Assembly (NCBI GenBank): GCA_964057225.1
Contig: OZ059898.1
Location: forward strand, 6,138,001 to 6,202,000
Origin: Auanema rhodensis
Taxonomy: Eukaryota; Animalia; Nematoda
Length of the DNA: 64,000 bases
Reading direction: 5' to 3'
Made by a program: the position numbers and the translations under genes. Every line of letters begins with the position of its first letter. Positions within the stretch are counted from its first letter, which is position 1. Shown here piece by piece: positions 24,049 through 36,569 of this stretch. Below the pieces are notes generated by a model. The model made no database searches. It was not told the origin of the DNA and saw nothing but the letters and a program-made list of their open reading frames with translations.

Positions 24049-25726
24049 ATGTTTTCTTGGGATCAAATCATAAAACTTTTCATAATTATTATAAATAGCA
24101 TTGAAGCTTATAAAATAAATTTAAATAAAGGAAGTAAGTATTAATGTTTTTATTTTATTTTTTATTAAATTGAAATTTTAGATCGAACTACAAATCTTGA
24201 TGGAATTCAATTGCCAAAATATAATATTGAATGGGATCAATCAGATAGCAGAACTGAAATTAGTAAAATTCAAGTAAATTTGGAATTTTAATTGATTTCT
24301 ATATGTAAATATTATATTTTACAGTAATATTTAGATTTATGAGAAATGGTTAAAAACAACCTTACAAAGCTTACATCCAAATGCTTCCATTGAAGAGATT
24401 CGCAAGGAAATTGCTTGCTATCCTGGTGAATTTTTCAAATTCTCATTATATGTTTTTTGTTTTTGTATTGTTCAGGTCCTCCACTTGCAACTCAGAGCCA
24501 AGAAAACAGTGAAGGCACATTGTCTTGTGATTTTTTTGAAACTTATATTCACAATGTTTTGAACGAAGGAACTGATCTTGTAAATATACTACGGTTGAAA
24601 ACTGACAAAGTTGGTTATCAAAATCTTTTAATTCTATTTATTTCTTTAAAATTAGATCAATTGGGATAATACGTTAATTGAAAAAGTTTTTGATCAAAAT
24701 TCACGTCTTCATTCTCTTGAACGAGTTTTACCAACAGTGACACAAGAAGAGACATCTGTGAAACTTAAAGTAAACTTTATTTTTCTATATATGATAAATA
24801 CTTCACTTATTTAGAACCTTTCCAATGAATTATCTCTGCTTACTTCTGAAATACCGTCTGAAAAGCTGTTTAATTTCAAGATGACTCATGTTGCCCCTGA
24901 AAGGGAACGATCAAAGATAGGCGACTATAATGCAACACTCTTCCATACTTTATCAAAATATTTTCCTACTAAGAATAATACAGAAATTACCACAACATTC
25001 AATCAAACACAACTACATCATAACATTTCTGCTTATATGAAGGATAGTTTAATGAATACTCCACTTCCAAATCCTACCACAAGTTTGCCGAATACTAATG
25101 GATCTTTTCCTTCCACTAGTCTATTCAAGTCATCTGTAGAGAGTTGGAATAATTCCTCATCTACTACACAAAAAAATAAAAACTTTCATAGCCATAATCA
25201 AACGGTTGCAGAATTTATCAACAATTTGACCTACATTAATAACTCTGAGCAGCTGATAAAAACAGCTCAAGACTCTAGAAACCGACTATCAAATGAAACC
25301 GAGCAAATGGGTAATTCGCTTTCTAGCCCTTCATTGGATAAAGAAACATCATCTCATGAAGAATTCCAAATGCCTGCAAAACTCAAGCCTTATTATGATA
25401 AAATGATTCATTTAGCCGAAAACAACAAAACGGACGAGATCATAAGTCTTGTAGACAATGTTTTACAGGTTTTTACATGACTATATAACGCATATATTCT
25501 TCTGCTTTAGATTCCCCCCCAGCAAACAGCAATTCGAACACTTATGAATCTGTTCCGTGGTACTCTTAAACCAACTGAAAGCAATCCAACGCCAACTAGT
25601 CAAACTTCTACTTCTTCCGTTACATTTTCAACAATGAGCGAAACTCTTGCTTCTAAGATTGCTGAAGTAATTAAAAGCGATAAGATGAAAAATATACGTG
25701 ACAGGTTTGAGAATACTTTGGGCTAA
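24049..25726 (+). CDS. Uncharacterised, probably secreted Asn/Ser/Thr-rich glycoprotein; 7 exons
   Basis: A TTCTTCAG acceptor ends at 24027 and the ATG is at 24049. The translation runs MFSWDQIIKLFIIIINSIEAYKINLNKGN|RTTNLDGIQLPKYNIEWDQ...|IYEKWLKTTLQ..., with consistent splice phases through TAA 25724-25726. It has many NxS/T sequons and no domain I recognise. Confidence 0.7.
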
Positions 25727-25887
25727 TAAATATGATTAAATTAATATATTCAAAGAAAATAAAAACAGTGTAACCCATAAAGTAGCAATCTAAAGATGCT
25801 TATATATACAAAAACGCTAAAGTAAAGTAACAAGGAAAATATTAAAGCAACCAACAAGTAAAACAAAGGAAGCAAAGAAATGTCGAC

Positions 25888-28770
25888 TTATTTCTCAATT
25901 TGAGACAATTGTATGATTCTATTCATTTCTTCATCTAATCTTCTCTGCTCTTCTCTTCTGCGTTCTTCTTCTTCTCGTGACAAACGTATTGCTCTAGTTA
26001 TGTCATCTTCTCCCTGATTGAAAAAAAAACATAAAATCAGTTTAAAATGTAAGTAAAAACCTCTTCAATTTGAGTTACAGGTGTTTCTGAAACCGCTCCG
26101 CGAGATAACTGTAAACTTTCTTCAATTGCCCGTGCTATTTGTGCTTCTTCCGTATCCCATTGCGAAGCTAAACACACATGAAGCGGAATTTGCTTTTAGG
26201 TCTATTGATACTTACCTGTGCTAGGAAGATGGTTAGGAGAAATCCCGTAATCAGTTACCATCGGTACTTCATAACCTAACGATTGTTGGATCGCTAGTTG
26301 TAAAAGCATATCCTCCTGTTGTTGAATGGAGCGATCTAAAAGTCATAAAACAAATTGTTGTGATGATAGTGTTTTAACTCACATATATGATGCCGATTTC
26401 TATCTTCCGAACTATCATCAGTAGGCCACGAAATTAACGAGTCATTTGCATCAATGGCATTATATGAAAGTGGAATTGAAAAAATATCTTTTTCAATAAC
26501 AACCGATTTAACTTTGAAATCAGTCTGTAGAAACATTATAAAAAAATTGATGAGAAATATACAGCCAACCTCTGTCTCTAATGGCACTACATTTGCTCCC
26601 GGTTCATTAATTTTATTGAAAGTAATTTGGGCACTGAGAACATGAAATATCGGTATTTCTGTAATATATTTTTGATATTATTGCTATATCATATGTAATA
26701 TAACAGAGATTTTCAAAATGTAATAACCTATTTTCACTGGAAAACCTGCAGGTAACTGCATCTGTATAAAATTCTTGAGCCTTGCAAAATGAGCATTGCT
26801 CGCTGCCATTAAGTCTACGATTCTTATTATTTGATCCTACATACAAAAAAAATCAGAATGAGGTGACTGAGACATAACCTTCAAACCTTCAAGTCCAGTG
26901 GATGTTCCTCAGCCAACCATAGGGTAGCCTTGAAACTATTTGATTTTCTTGTCACTTCTTTTTTACGGCCTACAACAAGTTGTCTTTCAACGATTCTCTG
27001 ATTTTTCTTTTGCTAACCTATACTGTCTGTCAAAGAAAACTCAGAATCCAAATATTCGTTGGCCGTCAGGCCTGTGAAATAAATAAAATATATATGCCAA
27101 TGAGGCGATTCCTAACCTGATTCGTGAACATCTAAAGTTTTACTCTCATCAACACTATCCGAACGTACTAATGAGAGTATTGTACTCAATGCGTTCGAAT
27201 TTTCGTCCTGAATTAATCTAATTATATTTTATTTTTCAGTGCATTTATACTTGTTTAAGTCTTAGTTTGTCTTCTTCCGACAAATGCTCTGTTCTTGTCT
27301 TCGTTACTAATGTCACATTAGATGCATCAAATAGCTACAATTTAATTTGAATTATCAAATTTTTGAAATACTGATTCTTCATTGCGAACCTTACAATCAT
27401 ATCCATCAACTTTTTCCCACTTATCTGAGCTATTTATCCAGGATAATAATCCACCAGATTTAGCTCGCTCAAACCCAATTTTCTCAACATCTATATAAGA
27501 AGTTGATATAGGAGCATGAATTCTAAATAACTAAAGAATGAAACGTTTCGTCGTTATTTCTTACCTATTCTCTAAAGCCTCAATTGAGGGTATGAATTGT
27601 TCTACTTCTTCGTTATCATACAGAATCTGGGTTGATGACTAAATGTTTCAATTAGAATGTTTAGATCTTATTCATTTAGTGAGAAAAAAATAAAAAGGAA
27701 AGTTGCGCTATGATGAAACTCTTTTCCTCAACATTTTTTTTCAATGATTTTTTGACATTTAATCCAAACTTTAAGCAACCGCTCAGTGAAACATCGCAGT
27801 AAAAAATAAAATAAGACGCGAAACTATCACGTCAAACGTGACGTATTTTTTCAACTCGCCAAAAAAACAGCGTACCAAAAAGCTGACGCAGCTATTTTGT
27901 TCAAAATGATTCAGATGGATATATGCATTGCTTTAATATTGATTGGTAACCCATACCGTCTTAGCGTCATGATCCAAGATAGTAAACTCTGGAACGCCCT
28001 CATTGTTTAAGCGAAAGATATATGAGTGATTCCCTCTTTGCCAAACGGTTCCTTCAAATCCCACCAAAGTAGTATCTATCCTGACATTGGATCCTTGTTT
28101 ATAAATCTGCAATCATAAGCGTTTTCTGGCGCGTATATGGAAAAGTTTGTAACCTTATATGTATCTGAAGGACACATTTTACTAACAAATGGCAGCCAAC
28201 TTGAGAACTCCCAACTCATTTCACAATAAAAATCAGGCGTATCCTGTCATACTTTCAGTTATGTTTGCTGAAGCATGAAGATGCTCACCATAAGTTTAGT
28301 TAAATGTTCTTGCATAGCCTTGATGGAATTCTGACTCCGTGCAAAATCTCTATATTTAATCACTTCTGATAATAATTGGATGTCCTTTAACGATACGGCC
28401 TCGTTACTGATAGACCACATTTCTTCAAATTATTATGTATATTCTTTGTGTAACTGAATCTATACCTCTGTCTTGAACATCTGGATCAGCTCCATTATGC
28501 AGCAATTCAAACGCACATTCCTTGTGACCCAGGGTCACAGCGAGCATTAACGGCGTTCTAAGACTTATACCGTTAGTCATCTGCTAAATAGCATTCTCTA
28601 CCTTCCTCTACAATCTAGAGAGTTAACGTCATTATTCCTATCTTTTGTATTTAATTCTTTTTTTAATAACTCCACATCATCCAGAAACACAGCCCAGTGT
28701 AGAGGATATTCTATTTGTGATTTAAATTCCTTCTGCATAATGTAACGCTAAAACAAAAGCTACTCACCAT
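25888..28770 (-). CDS. ANKRD13: Ankyrin repeat domain-containing protein 13 homolog (ankyrin repeats, GPCR_chapero_1 domain, C-terminal UIMs)
   Basis: Motifs: [46 protein letters not shown]; [46 protein letters not shown]; [55 protein letters not shown]. UIMs: [52 protein letters not shown]. The start is either ATG 28770 (35-nt intron) or ATG 28738. Confidence 0.93.
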
Positions 28771-29723
28771 TTAAAATTTAAAAATATCTCACCAATTATG
28801 TTGATTTAAAAAGTAGGGTTTTCACCTAATTTTGATGTTGAGCACAGAAAAAAATCAATTCTTTACTAGTAGCAGGTTCCCCTAGAGTAATAGTTAGAGC
28901 AATTGTGAAGACCTTCAGACCACTTAATTGAGGATAGATGATTTGTTTCTGTTGTTTTATTTAAGTCAAACCAATCAACAGTGTTGTAGTTCCATGTTGT
29001 GCTGAACTCTTATATGGTCTTTGACGTATTCGGAGTTTCACGTATATTTTCTTACTCCCCTATAACTAGCAGTTTTGCCCTTAAAACGTTTAGTTTTAGT
29101 CCGCACCCTTATCATCATATCTTGATTTTCAATTCAATAAGGAATTCCCTGGAGCATATGCTTTAATAAACCGTATAAGCCTTCTTACATTTATTTTTCG
29201 GTCGCATTTTTGCGTTTAGCGTCTTTTGGGTTATGGTAGTATAAAATAGTAGACGCGAGATGTTTGAGGACGCCGCAACACGCTTCGCTGTAAGGCCAAT
29301 AGGCGGGCGATCGATATTCTAGTATGCTAGGAGATGGCCTATACCCAAGCACGTGAATGCTACGCCTTCTGTCTGCGTCTCTTCATCTCTCATGCTTTTC
29401 TCTCGTTTAGCCATACTCTCTGCTCTTCTGTCCTTGTCTGTGCTAACACACACGTCACACTCTATTGCCGCACGCCCGCTTTCTCCCTCTTAGTCGGGCC
29501 TGCTATTTCTTCTCGTCGCTTTTTCCATTGCAATTTTTGAACCACTGAAACTGTTTTTCTTGCTTTTCTATAAATCCTTATAAGGCGTCAAAATGCTATA
29601 GGTGTTTACTATATTTATTTGGTAGAATGAGCCAAGCAACTTTGCTTGTATTTAACTCGAAAACGATCCATATACATCTATGCGTTTTGACGCCTTATTT
29701 GTGATACTTCGGAATTTTAAGGA
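28771..29723. promoter_or_regulatory. Bidirectional promoter between divergent ANKRD13 and hmg-1.2
   Basis: The head-to-head starts are about 950 bp apart. A locally GC/CpG-richer core (29250-29520) holds CCAAT followed by GGCGGG (29296-29307) and the E-box CACGTG (29350). Confidence 0.5.
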
Positions 29724-30601
29724 ATGATGGATAGTTTTGGCGTAGGCTCGTACTGTCCGAGAAACATGAGAGATATTGGCAAACCTCCCGTCCGTGGAAA
29801 GACTTCTCCTTATGGATTTTTTGTGAAGATGTGTTACGAGGAGCACAAGAAGAAGTACCCTAATGAGAACGTCCAAGTCACTGAAATCTCTAAGAAATGC
29901 AGTGAAAAATGGAAGGTTAGCATAGTTTTTTATATTATTTTCTTTATAAAATGTCCTTTATAGGAAATGTCTGATGATGAGAAAAGAAGGTTTTATGAGC
30001 TGGCTCAAAAAGATGCTGAAAGATACCAGGCTGAGGTATTTTGTTTCAAATTTGATTCTTTAATCCCTTAATTTTGCTAGGTTGCTGCTTATGGAGGCGA
30101 AGATGCTATGCGGAAAAGAAAAAGAGCTAAGAAGGATCCAAATGCTCCAAAAAGAGCCTTGTGAGTTATTATTAATATGTTCATTTTTTATCATTTTCCT
30201 CTATAGGTCTGCTTTCTTCTTCTTCTCTCAGGACAGACGACCAGATGTGCAGCAACAACATCCCGAGTGGAAAGTGGGGCAGGTAGGTCAATGTGAGGAT
30301 TCATCTGTGTTATGAGATACTTTAGGTAGCCCAAGAGTTGGGTAGGTTGTGGAAGTTAGTTTCTGTCGAAGAAAAAGACATGTATGAACGCAAGGCGTTA
30401 GCAGACAAAGAAAGATATGCTGAGGTTTGTGTTTGAATTGCTTCGACTGATAATTAAAATTTGCAGGAAATGAGAGACTACAAGTCTGCTATTACCAAAA
30501 TTCCTGGATTAGATCACCTCGAGGATGAGCATAACCATAGTGGTATGCACGTTGTGCATGTGGACGATATGCAACATGGTCAGATCGTTGGCGCTATTTG
30601 A
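29724..30601 (+). CDS. hmg-1.2: HMGB-type double HMG-box protein
   Basis: [46 protein letters not shown]|[24 protein letters not shown]|[27 protein letters not shown]|[25 protein letters not shown]|[10 protein letters not shown]... is near-identical to C. elegans HMG-1.2 as recalled. Stop TGA 30599-30601. Confidence 0.95.
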
Positions 30602-32499
30602 ATTTTGTAATAATTTGATACTGCATTATTCCCTTCCTACTTTATATTCTCGCTATGTTTTTATTAATTACATATATTGAACTGTCTCAGTTCCATCTCA
30701 CTAAGCGAATGCGCTTGAATGTAATGAGTGTTTTCAATGTATTCTTCTATACGTATGTCGTTTCTCAAAAAAGGAGGAATCACTCATTTTTGCCCGTGTG
30801 AAAGAAAAAAATTACATTCATGTCGTTAAGCGTTCCAATTAATCGTATGGACGTTTAGTACCTGCTTTAGACTAAGCAACTAAAACGTTATATCTTACTA
30901 TCTATAAATGCCTGTTTATTGGCTCTAGCCAATATGTTGCGCATAGTCTTGTGTTTCCACTCCGCACTTCACGTAGCTATTACTCTCCAGGGATTTCCTC
31001 TAATAATTTGTACATTATGTGTTCCTTAAGTCTGATTGTTGTGGATAATCGTTAAACATACGACCAAATAAACTCGACTACGCTAAAAGTTACTTTATCA
31101 TTTGCAGTTTTTCATCTGTCATTGTATCTACGGAAATTAATAATTTGGCAGTGGTATAGTTTGATAATGAGAATCGGTAGATAATCGAGGAGGGGTTTTC
31201 ACAACGTGTGTAAAGCGTATGTATTGGAGTGTGGATGATCGGTAATGACGAGGTTTGTCCCGCTGAAATTAAAACATTACTACCCTATCTTTGAGTTTTT
31301 TTGTGTGGGCATATAAAGGCTTCTATATTATTTAAACTTTATCGAAGTTATGAGTGGAGAAGATAAGGTGAAGGTTTAAAGCAAAGTATCAGAAACTAAC
31401 CTTGGAGAGATTTCTTGCGCAATACTTTAGGCAACATTGGTATGTTAAATATGATAGTATAAATAATATTACGGATATTAATACAAAAATCCAAGCTATA
31501 TGTTTGTCTAATAACCTGCAATCTGTTATTGTTCTAACTAAAGTGTTTTTATTTAACTTACGTTACTACATTTTCCAATCCTTCTATCATGAAAGCAGGG
31601 AGGTTAGATGGAAGTTGTTAAAAATAGCTATGATCTTCTGAGCTGCTCACACCTAAAAAATGTGTTTCTGAGTAAATCAAGTATTAGATTCAAAACTAAA
31701 TTGACAAGAAATCTAAACATATGGATTTTGAATATTTATATTGTCACAACAACTTTGTGTCATAAGGGTTAGAGGACGATGAGAAAACGTAGACGTAAAA
31801 GGGAAAGAGTGAGAGGGAGTTATTGTCGGAATCCAGTTGGGTGTGGTGATGTTCATGAGAATTAAGAGAAATATTCTCCATTTATATCTCATCATCATGT
31901 ATTTGTACTGCTTTTATTTATATTGTTAATTAAAGTTGAAAGAAACCTTGATGATCAATAGATTCTTCAAATTAATGATAGCAGAGCATGTTGTATTGCT
32001 TTCAAAAAAAATATGTTTTCCTTGAAGGATTTCATGACTTTCGTGGGTGCACGTCGAGAAAACTGGCTTGTTTTATAAAAAAGGTAGTCACTAGAAAGGA
32101 ATAAAGCAACTAAATGATGAGAATCACACGAAATAATCAGACAGAAAGTTTAAGGTGAAAGAAAGTTGAAGTTTGTGTGTAGGCTAGCAATTGTACAAAA
32201 TGACTGGCTGAAAGGGGCAGGAACGGCTTTTCTCTTTCGGGAGCCGCTATCATTCAGAGTTTCACTCGTGAATTGCCAGCTGTTTGCTACACAGATATTG
32301 CCGGATTTCTTCTGTTCTCGGTAAATTCGATCAAAGAGAAGCATTAATTTAATTGGTTAGAGTCATTAGTGATGTTGTAAACTGTCAGCTTAACATGAAT
32401 TATTTTAACTTGAGCAAATTCGCCTTACGTGGGATACAACTGCGAAGCTTTACTATTAAACTATTGCTCATTTTCAAATTTCAGCTCAAGACTAACTGT

Positions 32500-34487
32500 A
32501 TGTCTCAACTAGATCAAGCTGGATTAGATTTTAGTTTTCGTATTGAATGCACGAAAGAAGAAGAACTCTCGCCTATCGATAATGAAATTACGAAAGTTGT
32601 TGAAGATTTGAGACGCCGACACCCAGATTGTGACAGGTATGATATCTGAATCTTTATTTATATGAGAAAATACGATTCTCATTCTTTTGCTGTCATGTTG
32701 CAATCCGGTTTGACCATCATTATGTCCTGATCATTAATGACTTAACACCTACCTTCCCATCTCGATAGGAATTTGACTGTCTGAATTAGTCTTCGTGGGA
32801 TGCCTGGATAAACATTATATTCTCCATAAAATGTTTCCCGTATCAGCGGTTAAATCTCGTCTTTTCAGACTGGGGGAAATTAATTGTGCGATTTCTCATT
32901 GTAAGGAACGGTTAAAGGAATGTGTAAAGAATGAAGATTCCAATTCAAAGAAAGCATACTTTGATAAATTAGTTCAATTGGGGTTAGAAAAACAGAGCTT
33001 AGAGGTATTTGTTATTATTTCCTTTCCAATTAGCTTATTAAATTTAGGATAGTGGACCAAACGGGATTATTCGTTGTAGGGGTCATGAGTTTGTTATGCA
33101 GCCTACTAGAGGTCGATATAATCCTTGTTGTGAAGTGTGTATGCACACCATCTGGCGTTTAGTCCAAAGTTGGCGAAGGTGTATAGGTTAGTTAGAGAGT
33201 AATGAAGATATATGAAACTGAGCAATACACATATTTGGATATCTCAGTGCGAATTTGTAATTGATACTAAATTGATTGATATCCTTCAGTTTGCGGCCTA
33301 CGAGCTCATGATCAATGTTCTTCGTCAGTGCTTCGGACATGTGCGGGAGTATTTGCCTCGAAGCCGGATTTCTCATTAGCTTTAAGTATATCTGCTGAAA
33401 AAGGTCTTTCTACACAGAATTATAGTTGTGCTGAGTGTAAAGAACCTCTTATGTACGGTTAGTAGTTAAAGGAATTCGATGCACATTGCACATCCGTTAA
33501 GATGGACCATCGAATATGCAACCACGGTTCTGTGATTATACTGGTCTCTTATTTTGCCATAAATGTCATTGGGGTGATCAGTGGAGTATTCCTGCAAGGT
33601 TCAAAAGTTAATATAAAAGTAGTTTCAACATGTATGTTCTCTAGAATTGTTCTCAATATGGATTCGACTCCGAGGCCTGTTTGTCGGGCTGTAAAACAGT
33701 TGTTGTCTGTCGTGGATTCGCGCCCTCTGATTGAAATTGGAACTTTCGGACCATTAATCATAAAATTCCACAAGGTATCTAGCTATTTGAAGGAACTTCT
33801 GTTTTAAAAATTAAAATGCAGGAATTCGCCAGAGTCCAGGAGTTGCGAAGAAATTTTCTATTTATGAAATGTTATTTTATAAGTTGCAGAGTTTGTATAA
33901 CAAATGAGGAAGGAATAAAAATAATATTGTTTAGAATGCTCGTAAACTTCGAATTTTGCAATATCTTCACGATCATCAGCATTTTGTAGAAAATAGCAAT
34001 ATGTACAGTCTAAGAGAAGTACTTTAAATTGCTTAATTTGACTTTAATGATCGTATTTCAGTTAAGAGAGTTATGTAATTTTACTTTATTGCAAAGATTA
34101 GAAGAAATTCACACAGTATTTCGTAAACACATTGAAGAGGTAATTAGTTTTTAATTATGGAATGAAGGGGTATGATTTAGGAATGCGAAACTTGTAAAGG
34201 ACATGGCTTCTATTGTGAACTTTGCGATGATCCTAAGAAGAAAAACGAAGTATGATACTTAACAACTGAAATAAGTTACTTCTAATACACTAATTCAGAT
34301 CATATACCCATTCACTGAAGGAGTGTCCATGTGCCAAACGTGTTTTGCTGTGTTTCATGGAAAATGTTTTGAGAAACGGTCAATGATATGTCCCCGGTAA
34401 GTTATATGTTTTTTATTAATCCGATAACATGAGTATATCAGATGTGAAAGGAGGAAAAAAAGAAATCCAACATGGAATGAGGATTGA
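32500..34487 (+). CDS. DEF8: DEF8 homolog (C1 domain plus Rubicon-homology zf-RING_9 domain)
   Basis: C1 domain: GHEFVMQPTRGRYNPCCEVCMHTIWRLVQSWRRCIVCGLRAHDQCSSSVLRTC. RH domain: EKGLSTQNYSCAECKEPL..PRFCDYTGLLFCHKCHWGDQWSIPAR..ECETCKGHGFYCELC..IYPF..CQTCFAVFHGKCF..CPRCERR. Stop TGA 34485-34487. A possible extra 5' exon starts at ATG 31350. Confidence 0.9.
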
Positions 34488-36569
34488 CTAAGCTTAAATT
34501 TAACTATTTAACTTGAGACATGTTTTTTACTTTGTAAATTTTTGAAATCATATCATCAATAACATTGTAACATATTTTTTCTAAACCTGTTGCCTTAACA
34601 ATACAGGATAATTATAGTGCCTTTCACATTGTTTTTCAATTCCTAAATTTTTAGCTCATGTAAATAATGAATATACCTCCCAAGTAAGGGTATACAATTT
34701 TATATCTAACCAAACTGGTATAAAGCCTGAAGTGATAAAACTTATGTGTTCCTAAATACCTCTCAATTTCATTTTTCCTTCTCGAAGTTGTAGACTCTTT
34801 TTTTTAATTATTTCTGAATAACATTTTCATGTATCATAAATATTTTGATTGTGTTTTCTTCTTGTATCATTTTCTTATTTTTTCAAGCTAAATTGAACTT
34901 AAAGTACGGTAGTAATACTTAATGTATTAAGGATTAACTTACTGGCAAATTCCAGAATCAATTTTAATGATATTTTCAATCTTTTGTCACTCTTTCAGCT
35001 GGTTAACCTTGGCCTAGTTTCTATACTAGCATCTTTAAGCTGTGATGAAAAATGATTGTCTATTCAGATTTGTTTCTGAAATATTTAGTCATAGAGTAAT
35101 GAATAGTGAATACATATATATTTAAATGTGTTTATAATTTTAGATTTTCGTGATAGGTACAGCTAGTTTATTATTTTTTATTTATGGGTTCAATAAGTTT
35201 TGACTACTTCTCTTTTGATATTTATCCAGTTTTCCTCATTCGAAGAAAGTTTTGTTAAGCAAAGAAGCATGCGAGAGTTCGTGTGTATAGTAGCACCCCG
35301 CGTGGAATCTACATACAAGCAACTTCGTTGAACCTAAAGAATTTTAGTAAACCATTACGGTACATTGTTTCTCCTTTCATCTTTTTTCTTTGATTCACAA
35401 GAACTATGACGTGTTCTTTGAAAAAATATGTAAACATAACTGATTCATAATTTCATCTTCAACAAATGAATTATCAGTCATTCCCTATATGTATATATAC
35501 ATATACATATGAGGTTTATTCAGATACTAAATATCTATTCCCTTTTCAATTATTAATCTTTTCAATTTTAGAAAACAAATTAATCTTTGTTTCCCCATAT
35601 ATAAATATTTTTGGTTTAATTAATGAAAACTAACAAAATAGGAAAAATATTAATTGTTTAGTCACTTTCATAAAGATATATTCATTGAATTAATGATATT
35701 CTTCATATTCATATAAGGAATCACTACGGTTTCTTTTGATATTGTTGTTTCTGAAAAACATATGACGATTCACATGTATTACGCTATTTCCAATTATCGT
35801 ATTGACTTTTAAAGGAAAAACTATAAGAAAAACATAAAGTTTTGAGGTGGGGGGGGGGAGTGGTTTACTGCAAACTTAAAGTACGTACATACTTCTCATA
35901 TTCATTGTTCATAAGGATTTGTAAATATAAAACTCTCTTGAATACGTCCAAGAGCATCGTTGTTTTCCATCATTTAATGTTATGGAAAAATATTTATCAG
36001 CGACATAGTTTTACAAAAATCTATAGATAGGTTGAAAGTTTTCAACTTTTATTCGATATAATAATCCCAATAGAGTACATGTCTTTAGAAATTTAAAAAT
36101 AGATGAATCATTGATGATTCACACCATGAATACAGGTATTTCAGAAGCAGAATCATCATCATCTACTAATGCTGACGTCTAATGTGGTGGGGGAGGGGAC
36201 GAAATGAAAGAAAAGAAGTGGACAGCCGTTTGTATCATGAGATTAGAGAGAAACAAAACAGCTTAAAATCTATCTAAGACAAAGAGAAGATAGACAGTTA
36301 AAAATTAAGAATATAATTTGAAAATGAGAGAGAGATGAGAGATATTGTCTAACAAACAGAGTATACCGCCTTTACTTTCACTTTCGACCTTGTTTTCTTT
36401 AGACTCTCTATGTAAACTAATAGTCAAAGCAATCGTCTCTTCTCTCGATGATTCATCGTATTGAACAACACTCACAGGAGCCTATTTAACATTGAAAACT
36501 GGCTCGCTGGTCTCAATCAGTCTTCAGATATAACATATCTTGGCTCACCAGATTCAACAGTTTCTAAAT

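Noticed and set aside
31067-32484. hmg-1.2 to DEF8 as an SL2 operon
   Set aside because: Same strand, and AATAAA at 31067 is followed by an AG at 31107, but the first secure DEF8 exon is 1.4 kb away. It cannot be supported without SL2 data.
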